From contig CM082597.2 in the NCBI GenBank assembly GCA_040954595.2, positions 700,859 to 764,858 on the forward strand: 64,000 bases of DNA, read 5' to 3'. Source of the DNA: Balanoglossus misakiensis (lineage: Eukaryota; Animalia; Hemichordata). Every line of letters starts with the position of its first letter. Position 1 is the stretch's first letter. Shown here piece by piece: positions 13,716-26,903 of this stretch. The position numbers and the translations under genes are program-made. The notes under the pieces are model-generated. The model was given only the letters and a program-made list of their open reading frames with translations, did not search any database and had not been told where the DNA came from.

Positions 13716-16700
13716 ATGGTACATATCTTGTTTTTGTGTGGATACACGCGTGGCCAAGTGGGCCAGGCTATGACAAGATGGCGACTGCCACAGCCTCGTA
13801 CCAGGACAAAGAAAGACCCCCTCGTAGCCGCCCATTTAAATTACAATACAGCAGAGCGTTATTGACACTTTTAAAAACCAATATTTGGTACATTTATAGT
13901 TATGTCAATAGATACTTTATAAATTTAATCAATTATAACATTTCATACTGTTATCAACCTCAGGTTATCAGTCTAATCATTTTGGACCGATCACCTTGAA
14001 AACGATTAGTACTCTGAGGAGGACACATGTCTGCCAAGCTCCATACAAGTGGATTAGACCTTGCACAGTGCAAGAAAGAACCTCTTAGCGTAATCAAGTC
14101 ATGTACTTCTATCTTTCTTCAAGTCTAATGTAATTTCTACGAAACACGCGGCTCCGTGGCAGACGTAATCAAGACACATTACTTGTTTCCTCAATAAGTC
14201 CATTCCTGGAATCCGTTTCTTTCCTAACACTTCGCCTAATTACTTCGCCGTAATGCATTATATTGGCTAATCAAGCACCCACCACACATTCTTTTAACAA
14301 TATATCCCTCCCTCCCTCCCTCCCTCACTCACTCACTCACTCAATGACCAAGCGCCATTCAGCCTACCACCCACCCACTCTTTAAGAGTTGTGTGTCGAC
14401 ATTGAAGTTAACGCAAACATATCTCTCTATTCCCTCCACAGTCCGTGAGCCCACAAACTTGTGAATCTGGCTGGGAAATATATGATTTACAGTGCTATTT
14501 ATTCTCAAACGCGGCTGAATTCGGCGACTACACGACAGCTAACGCTTCCTGTTTCGGCCATGGAGGCCACCTAGCAAGGATAAAGACACAAGCCATCGAC
14601 GATTACCTAGGGGGTCTTACAGGCGGAACAGCCACCACAAACTTTTGGATTGACCTGACCTTTAACTCGGTATGGTTAACTTTGTAATAATTAATATTAC
14701 ATTGCATTATAGTGGAAAGGTTATTGTATTGTTCTCTATGATATAGGCCTACCAATATTGGTTAATTAAGCACTCATTTTTACACATGATTGTTTATTTT
14801 TCGAATCCTCTGGCATATCTCATTTTCAGGTTCATTCGAATTGGTCATGGTCTGATGGAAGTGCGCTTGAGCAGACCTACCCATGGGTGAGCAGCTTTGG
14901 TTACAGTAATCCAGGGTCACTGACATGTGGCGCGAAAATATACGCGGATGCAGATATTCAACAATATGTATTCAACCCTTCCCCCGAAAAGGGGAATTGG
15001 CTTGGCCTCGATTGTACCACACAGCATGGATGGATTTGCCAAAAGTCAACGGCTGGTGCCGCTACAACACCCAGTGTGTCAACTGTTGGTGCGCAGGCCA
15101 CAACTATGAAATCCAATTTGGAGGTAAGCTCAACGATGGGTCAGCCATTGCAGTTGAAGAGGTCACATGCAAAGACGTGGAAGCAAAGATAAATGCCAAC
15201 ATTCCCCACCCCAGGCAATTCTCACTACCCTCAATAATTTTGGCTTCATGCTAGGGGGTCAAATCCGCCATTTTGAAATTCTGTGGACCACAAGATTTTT
15301 ATCACTCACCTAGGTAGCAAAACCTATTCAAGGTAGTGAGAATTGCTTTACTGAGAGCAACCCTTGCAAGGTTTGGATGGCTTACATAATTTTATTTTTC
15401 GTTATCATTGGCTAGCCGACCATGCCATATTTTGTTCTTTTCATGCCTTGGTATTTCAGACAAATTTTAATGACATTTTCCGTAATATTCTACGCTCCAT
15501 TACCAAGCTTTTGTGATCACCCATCTGAGCACTCATTATTTCATGCCTTCACGCTTTTTCACGTTTGCGCCGGCAGACTACGGCAGCTCGTGCTTCGGCG
15601 CCTGACGCCATAACAACGGAAGTGACGCCATCATCGACCCCTAGCGCTCTAGTGTCCTCGTCGGCAACTGCTGGCGCCCTAGTGAGTATCTCGCGGCTAA
15701 AATTGCAATTTGGTCACCTGAGACGACATTTTGTGTGGTCGCCATATTGAAACCCTCCATTGCCAAGCGTATTTGTATAGAATGTCACTGGCTATATGCT
15801 GCACATTCATATCACATAATTACGCTTCTAAAATGTAGCACTATACCTGTAATGTTCATTTTTGGAGTAGGTTTAGTTTATTAACTAACTTAAAGGGTTT
15901 TACTAACGTCTCCATCTCTCCATGTCATTTTGACAGACGCCCCCAACCGACCCAGTCGATTTGGTGATATACTACGAAGGCAGTGTAGACAAAAACACAG
16001 CAACTCTTGCCCTTGCCACGATATCTCAACTGGCAAATTCTGGCAATATGCAAATGACAGACATGTCAAGAGTCTTGTTCGCCATGGTGTACATGAAGAG
16101 CATGTTTATCGATAATCAGGAATCAGTCGAGGTAAGAAAAATGCCAATCATATTGTTTAGAGCCAAACCAATGGGGAAGGAAGCATAGTGATTTATTACT
16201 CGAGATGATATAGAGTTGAATTTTTTACAATGACATCACCACATTATTTTGAGTCATGAATTGCTATTTTTGCTTATTTCGTAGACATTTCTAAGAGTTA
16301 TGAGTGATATTCTTGGTATCGACAATTTGAAAATCTTGACTTCGCTGTTTTATGTGAGTATTTCACTTTTCCTTTCCTATATACAAACATGTGACGATAA
16401 AACTGTTTGATATGCCTATTTGACATTCTACCTGTGCAACACACAAAAGCTACATATACGACGTTTTAAATATTCTATCCATCTTCTACCAGAATCAACC
16501 AGAGATTGCAAGTACTCTTCTTCGTGGAATCGAGGAATATGCTACTTTAGCCAGTGAGACTTTGCTGATGTCTTCGACAGAATATACCTCGAAACAAACA
16601 AATATTGGTAATTGAATATTCTCTTCTGCATATTATCTCTATGGTTATATAATCTAATTATGGGTTACAATCATCCCTTGGTATTTCCAACTACAAGCTT

Positions 16701-18163
16701 TAAAGGTGAACAACTATGGTTCGACTTCAAAAGTGTCCCTTTGACTTCAAAGGGGTCCCTAACATTTGTAACGATTTCAATGTTTTCTCTCCAAGCTCTG
16801 TTCGCTGAAACTGTTCCACAAGATGCAGGCGCGAGTGTATCATTTGGAAATGGTGCTGTCAGTGTGAGCTTGCATGAACGTGGACAAAAAGATGGCGAGG
16901 GTAAGATAAATTTAATCTTGTCTCACAGATATATTTCCCACTTGATAAAAGACAAAAAATGCTTTGCTACACTACTACACTACGCTATGCAACTGTATTT
17001 ATTTTCACCTGTAGTCGACGTTGTGGTTGTCGCTTACAATACTATTACGGAAGTTTTGAACTTGACCAGTGTGGAGGGTTATGAATTCACATCATATGGC
17101 AGTACAGTGGTGTCAATCAATGTCAAGTACCATTCAGATGGGTCAAAGGTCACCTTCGATGATGATAACCCAATCACGTTCACTCTCGACACGTCAGCTG
17201 TAAGTATTTCAAATATTATGGCAAAGGTCACCAATATTCAGTGTCCACAGCCACAGAACATTAAAACGAAATACTATATTTGCATAATTGCCAGTTACCG
17301 TCTTCTGTCATTAATAAACCAAGCCATACATGAAGCTGATAAACACATTGTGTCTTTTTCTAAATTTATGTCTGAAGCCAAGAGAACACGAAGAAGCTAC
17401 ATGTTCTTTCTGGCAATATTCAAACGAGTGAGTAGATGTTGTTACACCTATCTTCACTATTCTCATGATGATGATGATGATGATGATGATGATGTCGATA
17501 CACGAAACTCGTCCAACTGAGAAAAGGGTTTTATTATGCCTATTAATCACTTCTTACAGACCAGAATCGTTAGATGGATGGTCGACTGAAGGTTGCTGGA
17601 AAGTCGGAGGCAGTTGTCAGTGTAACCACCTCACAAACTTTGCTGTGCTGATGAGATTTACAGATGTTGAGGTAACAAATACCGAACAATCTATTATAAC
17701 ACTGTAACTGTACATCATGCTGATTTAAATGATAGTGGACTTAAAATAAAATCGACATGCCAAAGATTGACCGATATATCTGCTTTTTTTTATCAAGATC
17801 TCAGCGAAGGACGCAGCGATCATGACGTACTTGACCAGTGCAGGAGTGGGATTATCTATCGTGTCATTGGTAGCTGCAATATTCACATTTGTCGCACTGA
17901 AGTGAGTATGGTTACACGTTGTTTTAACCATATATGGACATATGTAAATGAAGGGTGACTGCATACTTTTAAATAGCCCAATTTTCCTCTAAATTTACAT
18001 CCTTTTTCAGTTTATACAGATCACAGAGAGTGATCATTCACATCAATCTTGCCGTCGCTCTCCTCTTTGCGCAATCTCTGTTTTTGATGAGTGGATTGGT
18101 AGAAGAAATCCCGGTAAGTTTATTTCGATGGCTCTTCTTGACGACGATGATGATGATGACATC

Positions 18164-18204
<41 letters not shown>

Positions 18205-20091
18205 TTTTTTTTACTCATCAGGCACTATGTAAATGCATGGCTGTCTTGCTACACTATTTCTTCCTTGCCACTTTTTCGTGGATGTTAGTGGAGGGTATCA
18301 ACCTGTATCTGAAATCCACTGCTGCCTTCAATGCCGGAGTGAAAACACAAATCTACGCAGCCATTGGATGGGGTAAGGTGTCTTAATTTAACTAAGTTTC
18401 AAATGCAACATGGCAGATAAAGTCTTTGCTGTTTTTACCATTATTACTAAAGATATTTATGTCTAAGTGGAATAATCAATTGATACTATTGTCTGTCTAT
18501 GATTCCTCATAGGTACTCCTATAATAATAGTCGGTGTATCGTTGGCAATTAGATTTGATACCTATGGAACAGGACCAAGGTAATTTGGGATTCAATATTT
18601 GATCACATGATACGTTAAGACACCTGTATTCCACAAAGGATGTGGTAAATCAAATATGATTTTAAACTCAGTTATGCATTTTTAAATTCATATTTAATAA
18701 TTTGAACGAGAATTGCACTCATATCTTGTAATTTCTTACATTTACCTAGCGATGCTAAATGTTGGTTGAGCGCTGAATATGGACTTATCTGGGCATTCAT
18801 TGGACCTGTCATATTTGTTTTGTTGGTAAGTGTTAACATAGTTTATTTATTTGTGATTTACTTGCTACATTTTTAATTGATGCGGTAAAACAATTTGTGA
18901 ACAATGACTGTGTTCTGATTCTAGCATATCTAGCTGATACTTGGGCGTTTTTATTTCTTTTTTATTTCACGAAGGTCAATGTCGTCATATTTATAATGGT
19001 GATACGTGCATTCATGACACTCAAATTGAACGCTGATAAGGGGAAAGTTGAGAAAACAAGGTACGAACCATTAATTTAATTCCTGTAGTTATTTTAGTGT
19101 AACACCCCCCTCTCTCTCTCGTACAAGAACCTCATCTTAAATTATTTTACTACATCGCACTAATAAAATGTTGTTTTTTATGTTGTCAGATCTGGTCTGC
19201 GTGCTGGATTGGTTTTGATGCCACTGCTTGGCATAACTTGGCTGATTGGGATTGTACAGCAACTCCAGTATCTTTTCGTTGTTTTGAATTCACTGCAGGT
19301 AATTTCCTTTCTCAAATTCATCCATCAATTAACGTGAACAGACTTATGCATCACTATTTATAGAAGCCTAATATGATTGGCTGACCTGCGATTGAACACG
19401 TGATTGAACATGTGATTGAAACAACAGCACGAGAGAAACATGTCTCACATTTTCCTCTTTCTCTACAGGGCGTTTTCTTTTTTGTGCTTCATTGTATGAT
19501 GAATGACGAAGTAAGTACGATACACATAAACAATTTTTAGATTACTGGCCATTTATGCACATATAAAAAACCCCAATCCAGTCAGCCAAACAACTCTACA
19601 CCATTCCACCGAAACGCTACCACCGATCCAACCCACTCATCCATCCATTAGTTTTGACGAGAAGCAGTCAGTCGACTATATCTACGTTACTGAGATGAGA
19701 TAGCAAACTAGTACTCAACAACTGTGCTAAATGAGATGACTTCACAGACTGAAATAACTACACGGCTGGCTGTTATCTGCGATGCATAAAATACAACACC
19801 GTCCATCTAACCGATAGTAATTGCTCCACCCACAGGTCAAGAAAGCGTACCAAATAAAACGTAAACAAGCATCGTCATCGGTGATGTCATCAACATCAAA
19901 ACATGACAATCCCTCGTTTTTCACCAAGACAAGTAACTTCACCAAGGACCCGGGTAAGAATACATCTTATCGGTCAGTAATCAACAACAGAAATTATCAT
20001 TTTGGTATTTTTCAAAAACTAATAACGTTTTAATTTGCTTTCTCATACAATTTAATTTCTTCTAGGATCAGTGAAGGACGCTTGGAAATAA
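13716..20091 (+). CDS. Adhesion GPCR (ADGRD1/latrophilin-like 7TM) with N-terminal C-type lectin domain, Ser/Thr stalk and GAIN/GPS; about 19 coding exons
   Basis: CTLD exons 14442-14669 and 14830-15123 (CESGW...CYLF...FWID...WICQK). S/T-rich stalk. GPS CSFW...WSTEGC...CQCNHL|TNFAVLM at about 17400-17650. 7TM motifs HINLAVAL, LLHYFFLATFSWMLVEG, CWL, PLLGITW and NSLQG. Stop TAA at 20089-20091. The first exon (13716-13757, MVHILFLCGYTRGQ, phase 0) is tentative. Confidence 0.88.
15215..15346. mobile_element. MITE in an adhesion-GPCR intron
   Basis: Perfect 15-bp terminal inverted repeat GCAATTCTCACTACC (15215-15229 / 15332-15346), extending imperfectly to about 40 bp. Confidence 0.65.
17464..17494. 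repeat. (ATG)n microsatellite, intronic
   Basis: Run of GAT units; gives the spurious poly-D and poly-M ORFs. Confidence 0.9.
18146..18199. repeat. (ATG)n microsatellite, intronic
   Basis: Run of GAT units between two 7TM exons. Confidence 0.9.
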
Positions 20092-21667
20092 AGAGATCCA
20101 TAAAATATGCTGACAGCGATATACAGATCTCTGTGCGCTGTGGATACGCCATACGCCTACGTCAGTCGTAAAAATGTTTGATTGTAAATAAAAAACGTAG
20201 CATCGATGATTTAAGATACAAATAATGTTATTAATCGAAATGGGTTTATCATGTCTTAGTTTTATTCCTATCTGTTGCGTCTTAATTGAACATTGTATCT
20301 GGCTGTATATTTCAATACACTTGCTGTATATTTCATACTACTGTTTATAATATTTTGAATAATCTTGCTAATTATGATGTAGTTTACTAACATGTATTAA
20401 TACATGTTGTTATGTTGAAAAAAGTTTAAGATACCGTCCGACAAGTTATTTTTTTTGTAAAAGTGTTCTTGACAATGGCTGATATGATTACACAGTTTAT
20501 ATTGTAACAGGCCTATTTTGCACATTACTTGTATATTATATGGAATATTATCTTCTTAATGTGTGAAGGGGAAAACGAATTCTGAACATTTACAGTGAGT
20601 CTATGTATCTATCTACTGAACCAATCGATATATTTCCTTTGTCCTAAGCCAAATAAAAACCTTTGCACATCTTCCGTCCAATTAAGTCACCGTTTGCTAC
20701 AGTCTCACACATACACGTCATACAACCCCAACAATATGAAATCTGCTTCGTCATAATTGTTGATGCTTCAAAAAATATTGTTATCATAGGTACATGCGTG
20801 TCTGTGGGTTTCTAGGTCGGTCATGTGGAAGTAGGTCAAATATTGACCCTTGTATACACAGCATAAAGAACTTAAAATAAACGTGGTTAACTCCTCTCAT
20901 GGTGACTGTATTTTAATCACAACACCTACCAGCAAGACACACCTTTGCGTAGAAATGTTATTTTCATAGAATCAAACTGTTTAGAAAATTCTGTTGCTCT
21001 GATGATTACAAAGTAAAACTGGATCAAAATGGAACATGCTGAACGCAAGATAAGATTGAATCATAATCATATCCATGTTGCGATTGTCAGATTAATCAGT
21101 TATTTTAATTTTAAACCAGATAATTCAAGTCTGGTGTTATGAATGGGACAAGGTCACAGCTTACTCAATGCATTGACTATTAAAACAATATTTAAAAAAA
21201 CACACCAAAGTCAAAAGTTTGTAGAACAATTTCTGTACGCTCTCTGTGAATATTTTGACAGAAAATCTCCTAAAGGCATCTCTGAGAGTTGCCACTTCTT
21301 GCTTTGACCACCATAACGATGTCACACCCTGTGAAAAACACCTAGTGTTCTTCGATTGCGATCTATTTCTGTCCAATTATGTACATTCTTATCATCCAAC
21401 CGTGACATATTTTCATGGTGTTGTCTCCTCCGTGGGATCTGCAACAAGCTGCATCCTTTTGATGGATGCTTTGCACTGACAGTTGATAGATAAAGTAACT
21501 TCTATCGCGGTATATACTTGGATACAACTGGAAGCCTACTGCTATTCTGTATTCGCCAGCTTTGAGAAAACAGGTACTGGTTCTCCTAGCATACATGTAA
21601 AGGTCGGTGCAAATATTAACGTATTATTCTTGCTAAAATCTCAACAGATGTAAATTAACTTTGTATC

Positions 21668-21798
21668 TATCTGTTTCTGTCTGTCTTTGTCTCCCTGTCT
21701 CTTTCTCTCTCTCTCTCTCTCTGTCTCCCTGTCTCTCTCTGTCTCTCTCTCTCTCCGTCTCTCTCTCTGTCCCTCTGTCTCTCTCTCCCTCCCTCCTT
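21668..21798. repeat. (CT)n-rich tract forming the polypyrimidine tract of the first coding exon of protease copy 1
   Basis: CT/CTGT repeats end at the CAG acceptor (21801-21803). An equivalent tract lies at about 26775-26892 before copy 2. Confidence 0.9.
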
Positions 21799-21807
21799 CT
21801 CAGGACA

Positions 21808-24692
21808 ATGCGTTGTTTCATCTTTGCCGTGCTTGTCGCCGCTGCATCAGCAGCCATTCAGGCGCCTTACGACCATTCGGACCGTGGAGATGCCATGAAA
21901 AATAGTTACATAGTTCAATTGAAGGTAAACAAACATTACATGTCAAATTCTGTTATTGTTATTACGATTTTTTTGCAAATTATACATTATCAAAAAAAAC
22001 GAGATGAGTTTCAACTTGCAAAGAACACAGCTTCGTTTAAGCATTTCAACATTTATACATGTATCTGTATATTGTTACACTTTAGGATGGTGTTGATGCC
22101 AACGCGTTCGCCGGGATCTTGAAATCTCAAGTCGATGTCAATGTTAAATATGTCTACACAAAGGCTCTGAATGGTTTGGCTATCGAAACAATGGATTTGG
22201 CTAGCGTAAGTTCAGCTATATAGTCATAGTATCTTAAACGTCGGTTGTCCGTCCTCATGGTATAGCACCCCTCCCCCCCTCCGGAGTCTGATTTTCAGAA
22301 ATAAACCATGAATATTTATTGATTCTGACCTGGCTTTACTTTTTTTTTCAAAGGTCCGTGGCTTTGATGGGATCAAACTGATCGAAGACAATCTCCGTGC
22401 CAGGAAACTTGTGGAATGGGGAATGGATCGTATTGATCAAAGAAATCTGCCTCTTGACAGTCTCATGATTTTGAACGGTAAGCTTTTTTGGACAAGATAA
22501 AGATAAGAAAACGATAGTTCAGTGGCTATCTATTGGGGGAAAAATGAGATGAAATTGTTGTTTGTGCGTCGACAAGAATTTAATTGTCCTATCACGTTTT
22601 CATAACACATTTACCACCGGAGCACCATTGGCATACTGAACCAGCAAATTGCAAACATCTAATTTACGGCATTTTTCTTATTACAGGAGATGGACTTGGA
22701 TCTAACGTCTACATTGTTGACAGTGGTATCCGCTACACACACGAACAATTCGGCGGCCGTGCCTCATACTTCTGGGACTACGATCCAGCCAACAACGTGA
22801 GTTGATTGAAGTTTTTCAAATATCAGTGATCATACCCATCCAGTTCAAATAAACAGTCTTTACCTTGCCAGTTGCAAAAAAGTTACAAAATGATACAACA
22901 CAGCACAGACAATTAGCAAAGCACAAAGAACAAAGTCAAATCGGTCATAGAAACAAAGTCAAATCGGTGATAGAAAGATATACATGTATGGACCTCTAGC
23001 AAAACAGACCAGGAAACATACAACCCTAACAGAGAACGTGTGAAGATAGAAACCAAACAAAAGCAACCACCACCAGTATTGTTTATCTTGCTATTATTCT
23101 TGTTATTGTTATTATTTAGGGAAATGATTGTGACGGTCATGGAACTCATTGTTCTGGAACCGCTGCTGGAAATACCGTTGGCGTTGCACCAAAGGCAATG
23201 ATACACAGCGTGAGAGTTCTCGACTGCCAAGGATCTGGCTACATTTCCGACATCGTCGCCGGTAAGTTTTTGGGGGGCTTAATTCTATGGTTGGTGAAAT
23301 TTTTAAAAAATCGCGGCGACAACAATTTTGCTGTCGTAGGCACTGACACTACTTCATTTTGATGAGTCTAGCGCCCTCATGAGGGGAGTGGCATTTTATA
23401 GGAATTGTCAGTTTTGATATCATGAATTATCGCGCAATAACGACATCTGTTTCTTATCTAGCTCTTGATTACATTATCGCTAATGGTAACGACCCAACCA
23501 GAAGTGTCTGCTCTCTGTCTATTGGTAGCGGTCCCAACAGCGCCTTCGACGATGCTGTCAGAAACACCGTTCTTGCCGGCTACTCTGTGTCAGTTGCCGC
23601 TGGAAATTCTGGCAAAAGTGCCTGTACTGAATCTCCCAGTAGAGTCGCGGAAGTAAGTTACCATGTCACGTGACTGTACCGCGTTGTACAATACAGCAGA
23701 CTCTGACAGCAGACTACCTTATGACATTGACTGTATATTATTTTTGTAATCAGAGTCTCTGGTTTGGCACATGCGCATAAGAAGATCGTTGCCCTTTAAA
23801 AACTAGTTTAAAATGTGATGTGCAGAAAACGCTATCTTGTTTTGGGGATTAAGAATAAGAGGGTGGTATATGCTTACCTGTTGATTCAGTTGATGGCTCG
23901 GACTTCGAAGGACACACCCGAAGGAACGGCAGTTCTTTTCCACATAGAGCGCTGTAAAATTTCCCCGAGAAGTTCTCCAAAATCCTGGAACAACCAGTCA
24001 TCCTTGTCAACCTCTTACTGTCTTTCTGCTTCGCGTTTTAACGTGTTTTTGCGGGTCACGGGCGAATACGCTGTCGACATCCGACGGACACGATGCTGTC
24101 ACCAGGAAAGAGTGACACGACGGAAGTGACGTGGCAATGCACCTGTAGGTGCCGTGTATTGAACTAGGTCGCTCTCAGCCAATGGGAATCCATATGCCTA
24201 CGTTACGTTCTAAGCGTCCATTGGCTGACAGAAAATCAGTGTACACCAGGTGTTGCGGACGTGTTACAAGCAGATTATGCACCAAACTCTGCACCTATTA
24301 CTAATTTCATCCAAATTTTGATTCGTATTACTTAGCTGCAAGCCGTTGCTACGATAATTAACAAAGTCTCGCCAGATCTCAATGGTTTGAAAATCGTCTA
24401 TTAACGGTTTACCCTTCCTTTTTACTATTACAGTGCATTACAGTTGCCGCCTCTGACAACACTGATACCCGTGCAAGCTGGTCCAACTATGGCGACTGTG
24501 TTGATATCTTCGGTCCTGGTGTTAATGTCAGAAGTAGCGTGCATACATGTGATACTTGCTACGATACTTGGAGCGGTACATCCATGGCAACCCCTCACGT
24601 GACAGGTACATGTTTGAGTCATTTGCATGCAATCGTCTGGTCTTCCTTTTCTGTCTCATTTTCCTCCCACCTTTCCTCCCCCTATCTCTGTC

Positions 24693-24725
<33 letters not shown>

Positions 24726-25098
24726 GTTACTTTCTCTCTCTCGAGCTCTCTCTCCCTCCCCCTCTCTCGCCATGGCCACCCTCACGTGACATGTTTGAGT
24801 CATTTGCATGCAATCATCTGGTCTCGCATTCAAACTTCTGTGGATTAATAAGACCACGTCCATTAACTACGTTACAGGTCGTTAACCATGAAGAATAAAT
24901 GATAACAAAATAAATAAATATTTAACACGTGTATCACGATTTCTTTCCTTTCATCCAGGCGTTATAGCTACCCACCTGGCCGCCCAGACCTGCACCAGCA
25001 ACGATTCCTGCAAGGCTAAGCTTCTGGCGGAGGCCACTCCCGGTGTCATCAGTGATCCGGGAACGAACACACCCAACCTCCTTCTGTATGCCGATTAA
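21808..25098 (+). CDS. Secreted subtilisin-like serine protease (S8A, aqualysin/proteinase K-like), copy 1; 8 coding exons
   Basis: Exons 21808-21924, 22086-22205, 22354-22477, 22687-22796, 23120-23261, 23462-23652, 24434-24605, 24959-25098. Signal peptide, I9-type prodomain (YIVQLK), [14 protein letters not shown], catalytic VDSG / HGTH / GTSM, oxyanion-hole AAGN, C-terminal PNLLLY. Confidence 0.95.
23751..24291. mobile_element. Putative insertion in intron 6 of protease copy 1
   Basis: This intron is about 780 bp, against about 95 bp for the equivalent intron in copy 2. Ends are CAGAGT...ACTCTG, with an internal hairpin CAGCCAATGG/CCATTGGCTG at 24176-24227. Confidence 0.4.
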
Positions 25099-26903
25099 TT
25101 GGCCTGTCATGTGTAATATCACAACCTGACACAGGTACAGTCTATGCAAATATACCCAGAACGGTTAATATATAACTATAATCAAAATTAACATGTCTTC
25201 CAATTTTGTGAGAAAACATCTGTTAGGCGTACATACGCTATCATAGTCATATTCATTTTTCTCTTCTCTGAATTTTGTTGGTATAATGTAATTCACAATT
25301 AAATCGCTTCACGACTTACACAACAAAAACCTGTGCAAGTGATGTTTTTTTCAAATACATTTACATTAACATCTCTCTCTCTTTCTCTCTCTCCATATGC
25401 CTACCCCAGTTGGTCGTTTGATGAAACAGTTCGGAATGTATGAAATGTAGTTTTCATTTTGGAATGGATTTTTAACGGAATAAAAATGTTTAACAAAACC
25501 ACGTATGCGTCGTCAACATATTTTCTAAAGTACATCGTCTTTATGCTGATGCAATGGTATGGCAGTGCGTCATTAGTAATCCTGATTAAAAACTTGCAAA
25601 GTGATAATCATGTATAATTGGTAAAAAGGTCCCTGAACTCATCTGATGTACATTCCACTGCACGCGGCTGACCTGTGCTATCCAATCACATTCAAACTAC
25701 AATTGAAGTACTGCCAAATAGTTATATGCACACGTCTGTGATTGGATGACGCATTGCCAAATATGGCGACTGTCTGTCAATATGCTGTTAATTATCAAAC
25801 GATATTATTGGCTGTTCGTCTGAAGGCAATGTTTTATGGGTCGTAAGATATCTCTACGCTCGGCCCTTGTTTGACCGGACAAAAGATATTTGCACACGCC
25901 TCGCAAATGACTGATAAGGACAAACCAACATCTGCCTTTTGCACACGTCCCAAATTCAGGCTATCCACCCCAGCGGAAGAAGCAGAGGGGTCTGGGTAAC
26001 GGAGACTATCTACCCTCAGGCCGAATTCCGCGTAGAGTCGCAAGCTCTGCCTTTCTAAATCCCAAATTATCGCACCTCGGTTTTGTACCGTGTACATGTG
26101 CTGCTGTGTAGTATTCCTTATTAAGTTTGCAAGATGATCGACCAGACAGTTACATGTACACGTGTATGGTTGATGACGTATGCCAGACATGGCGTCTACT
26201 GATAAAGTAAACGCTCGCTGTCGTTCATACGACGTCATATCCGGAACCCCCCCCCCCTCCCCCCGTAGGACGCTGACCCTTATATGGCTCCGTATAACAT
26301 TATAGCCTTATAAAATTCCTTGTAATATATCTAGGACATAAGAACACAGCATATGTCTCATCTTAATTCGAAAATTGTATCCAAAGAAGGGGTACATGAA
26401 TAAACCACCATACTAAGTCACGTGACAGTTACAAAAAAATAAAGCGAGTAAATGCGAATTAAGCAATGTGTACTTTGAGCCTTCTTCGATAAAAACTTCT
26501 GGTCAACTCCGTGGGATCCGAACCAACTTAAATTGATGGATTTATGATAATAGAGGCTGTACTCAGTTTTAGATAAGGCACGCGAAACCCTTAAAAGGGG
26601 GACATTATCGAGTAAATTTGTCACTTGCTCTGGAACACAGATACAGGTAAGGTTCACATATGGGTCTCTTAACGTTTCTTTGCTGGTTTAGACATGCGTT
26701 GTTAACGTTGAAATTACATGGAATTCAACATATATTGTTAAGTTTTTCTCGGTCTGTCTACATTCATGTGTGACTCTGTCTCTCTCTCTTTTTTTCCTCC
26801 CACCTGCTTCCCTTATCTATGCTTGCCTCTATATCTGCCCTCTCTCTCCTCTCTCTCTCTCTCTCTCTAGGCTCTCTCTCTCCCCCTCTCTCAGATCAAC
26901 AAT

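Noticed and set aside
16612-17520. 302-aa ORF as a stand-alone protein
   Set aside because: It is two GAIN-domain exons of the adhesion GPCR read through open introns and a GAT microsatellite.
25985-26010. GGGTCTGGGTAACGGAGACTA, resembling the end of a short invertebrate inverted-repeat element
   Set aside because: Only one terminus is recognisable, so the boundaries cannot be supported.
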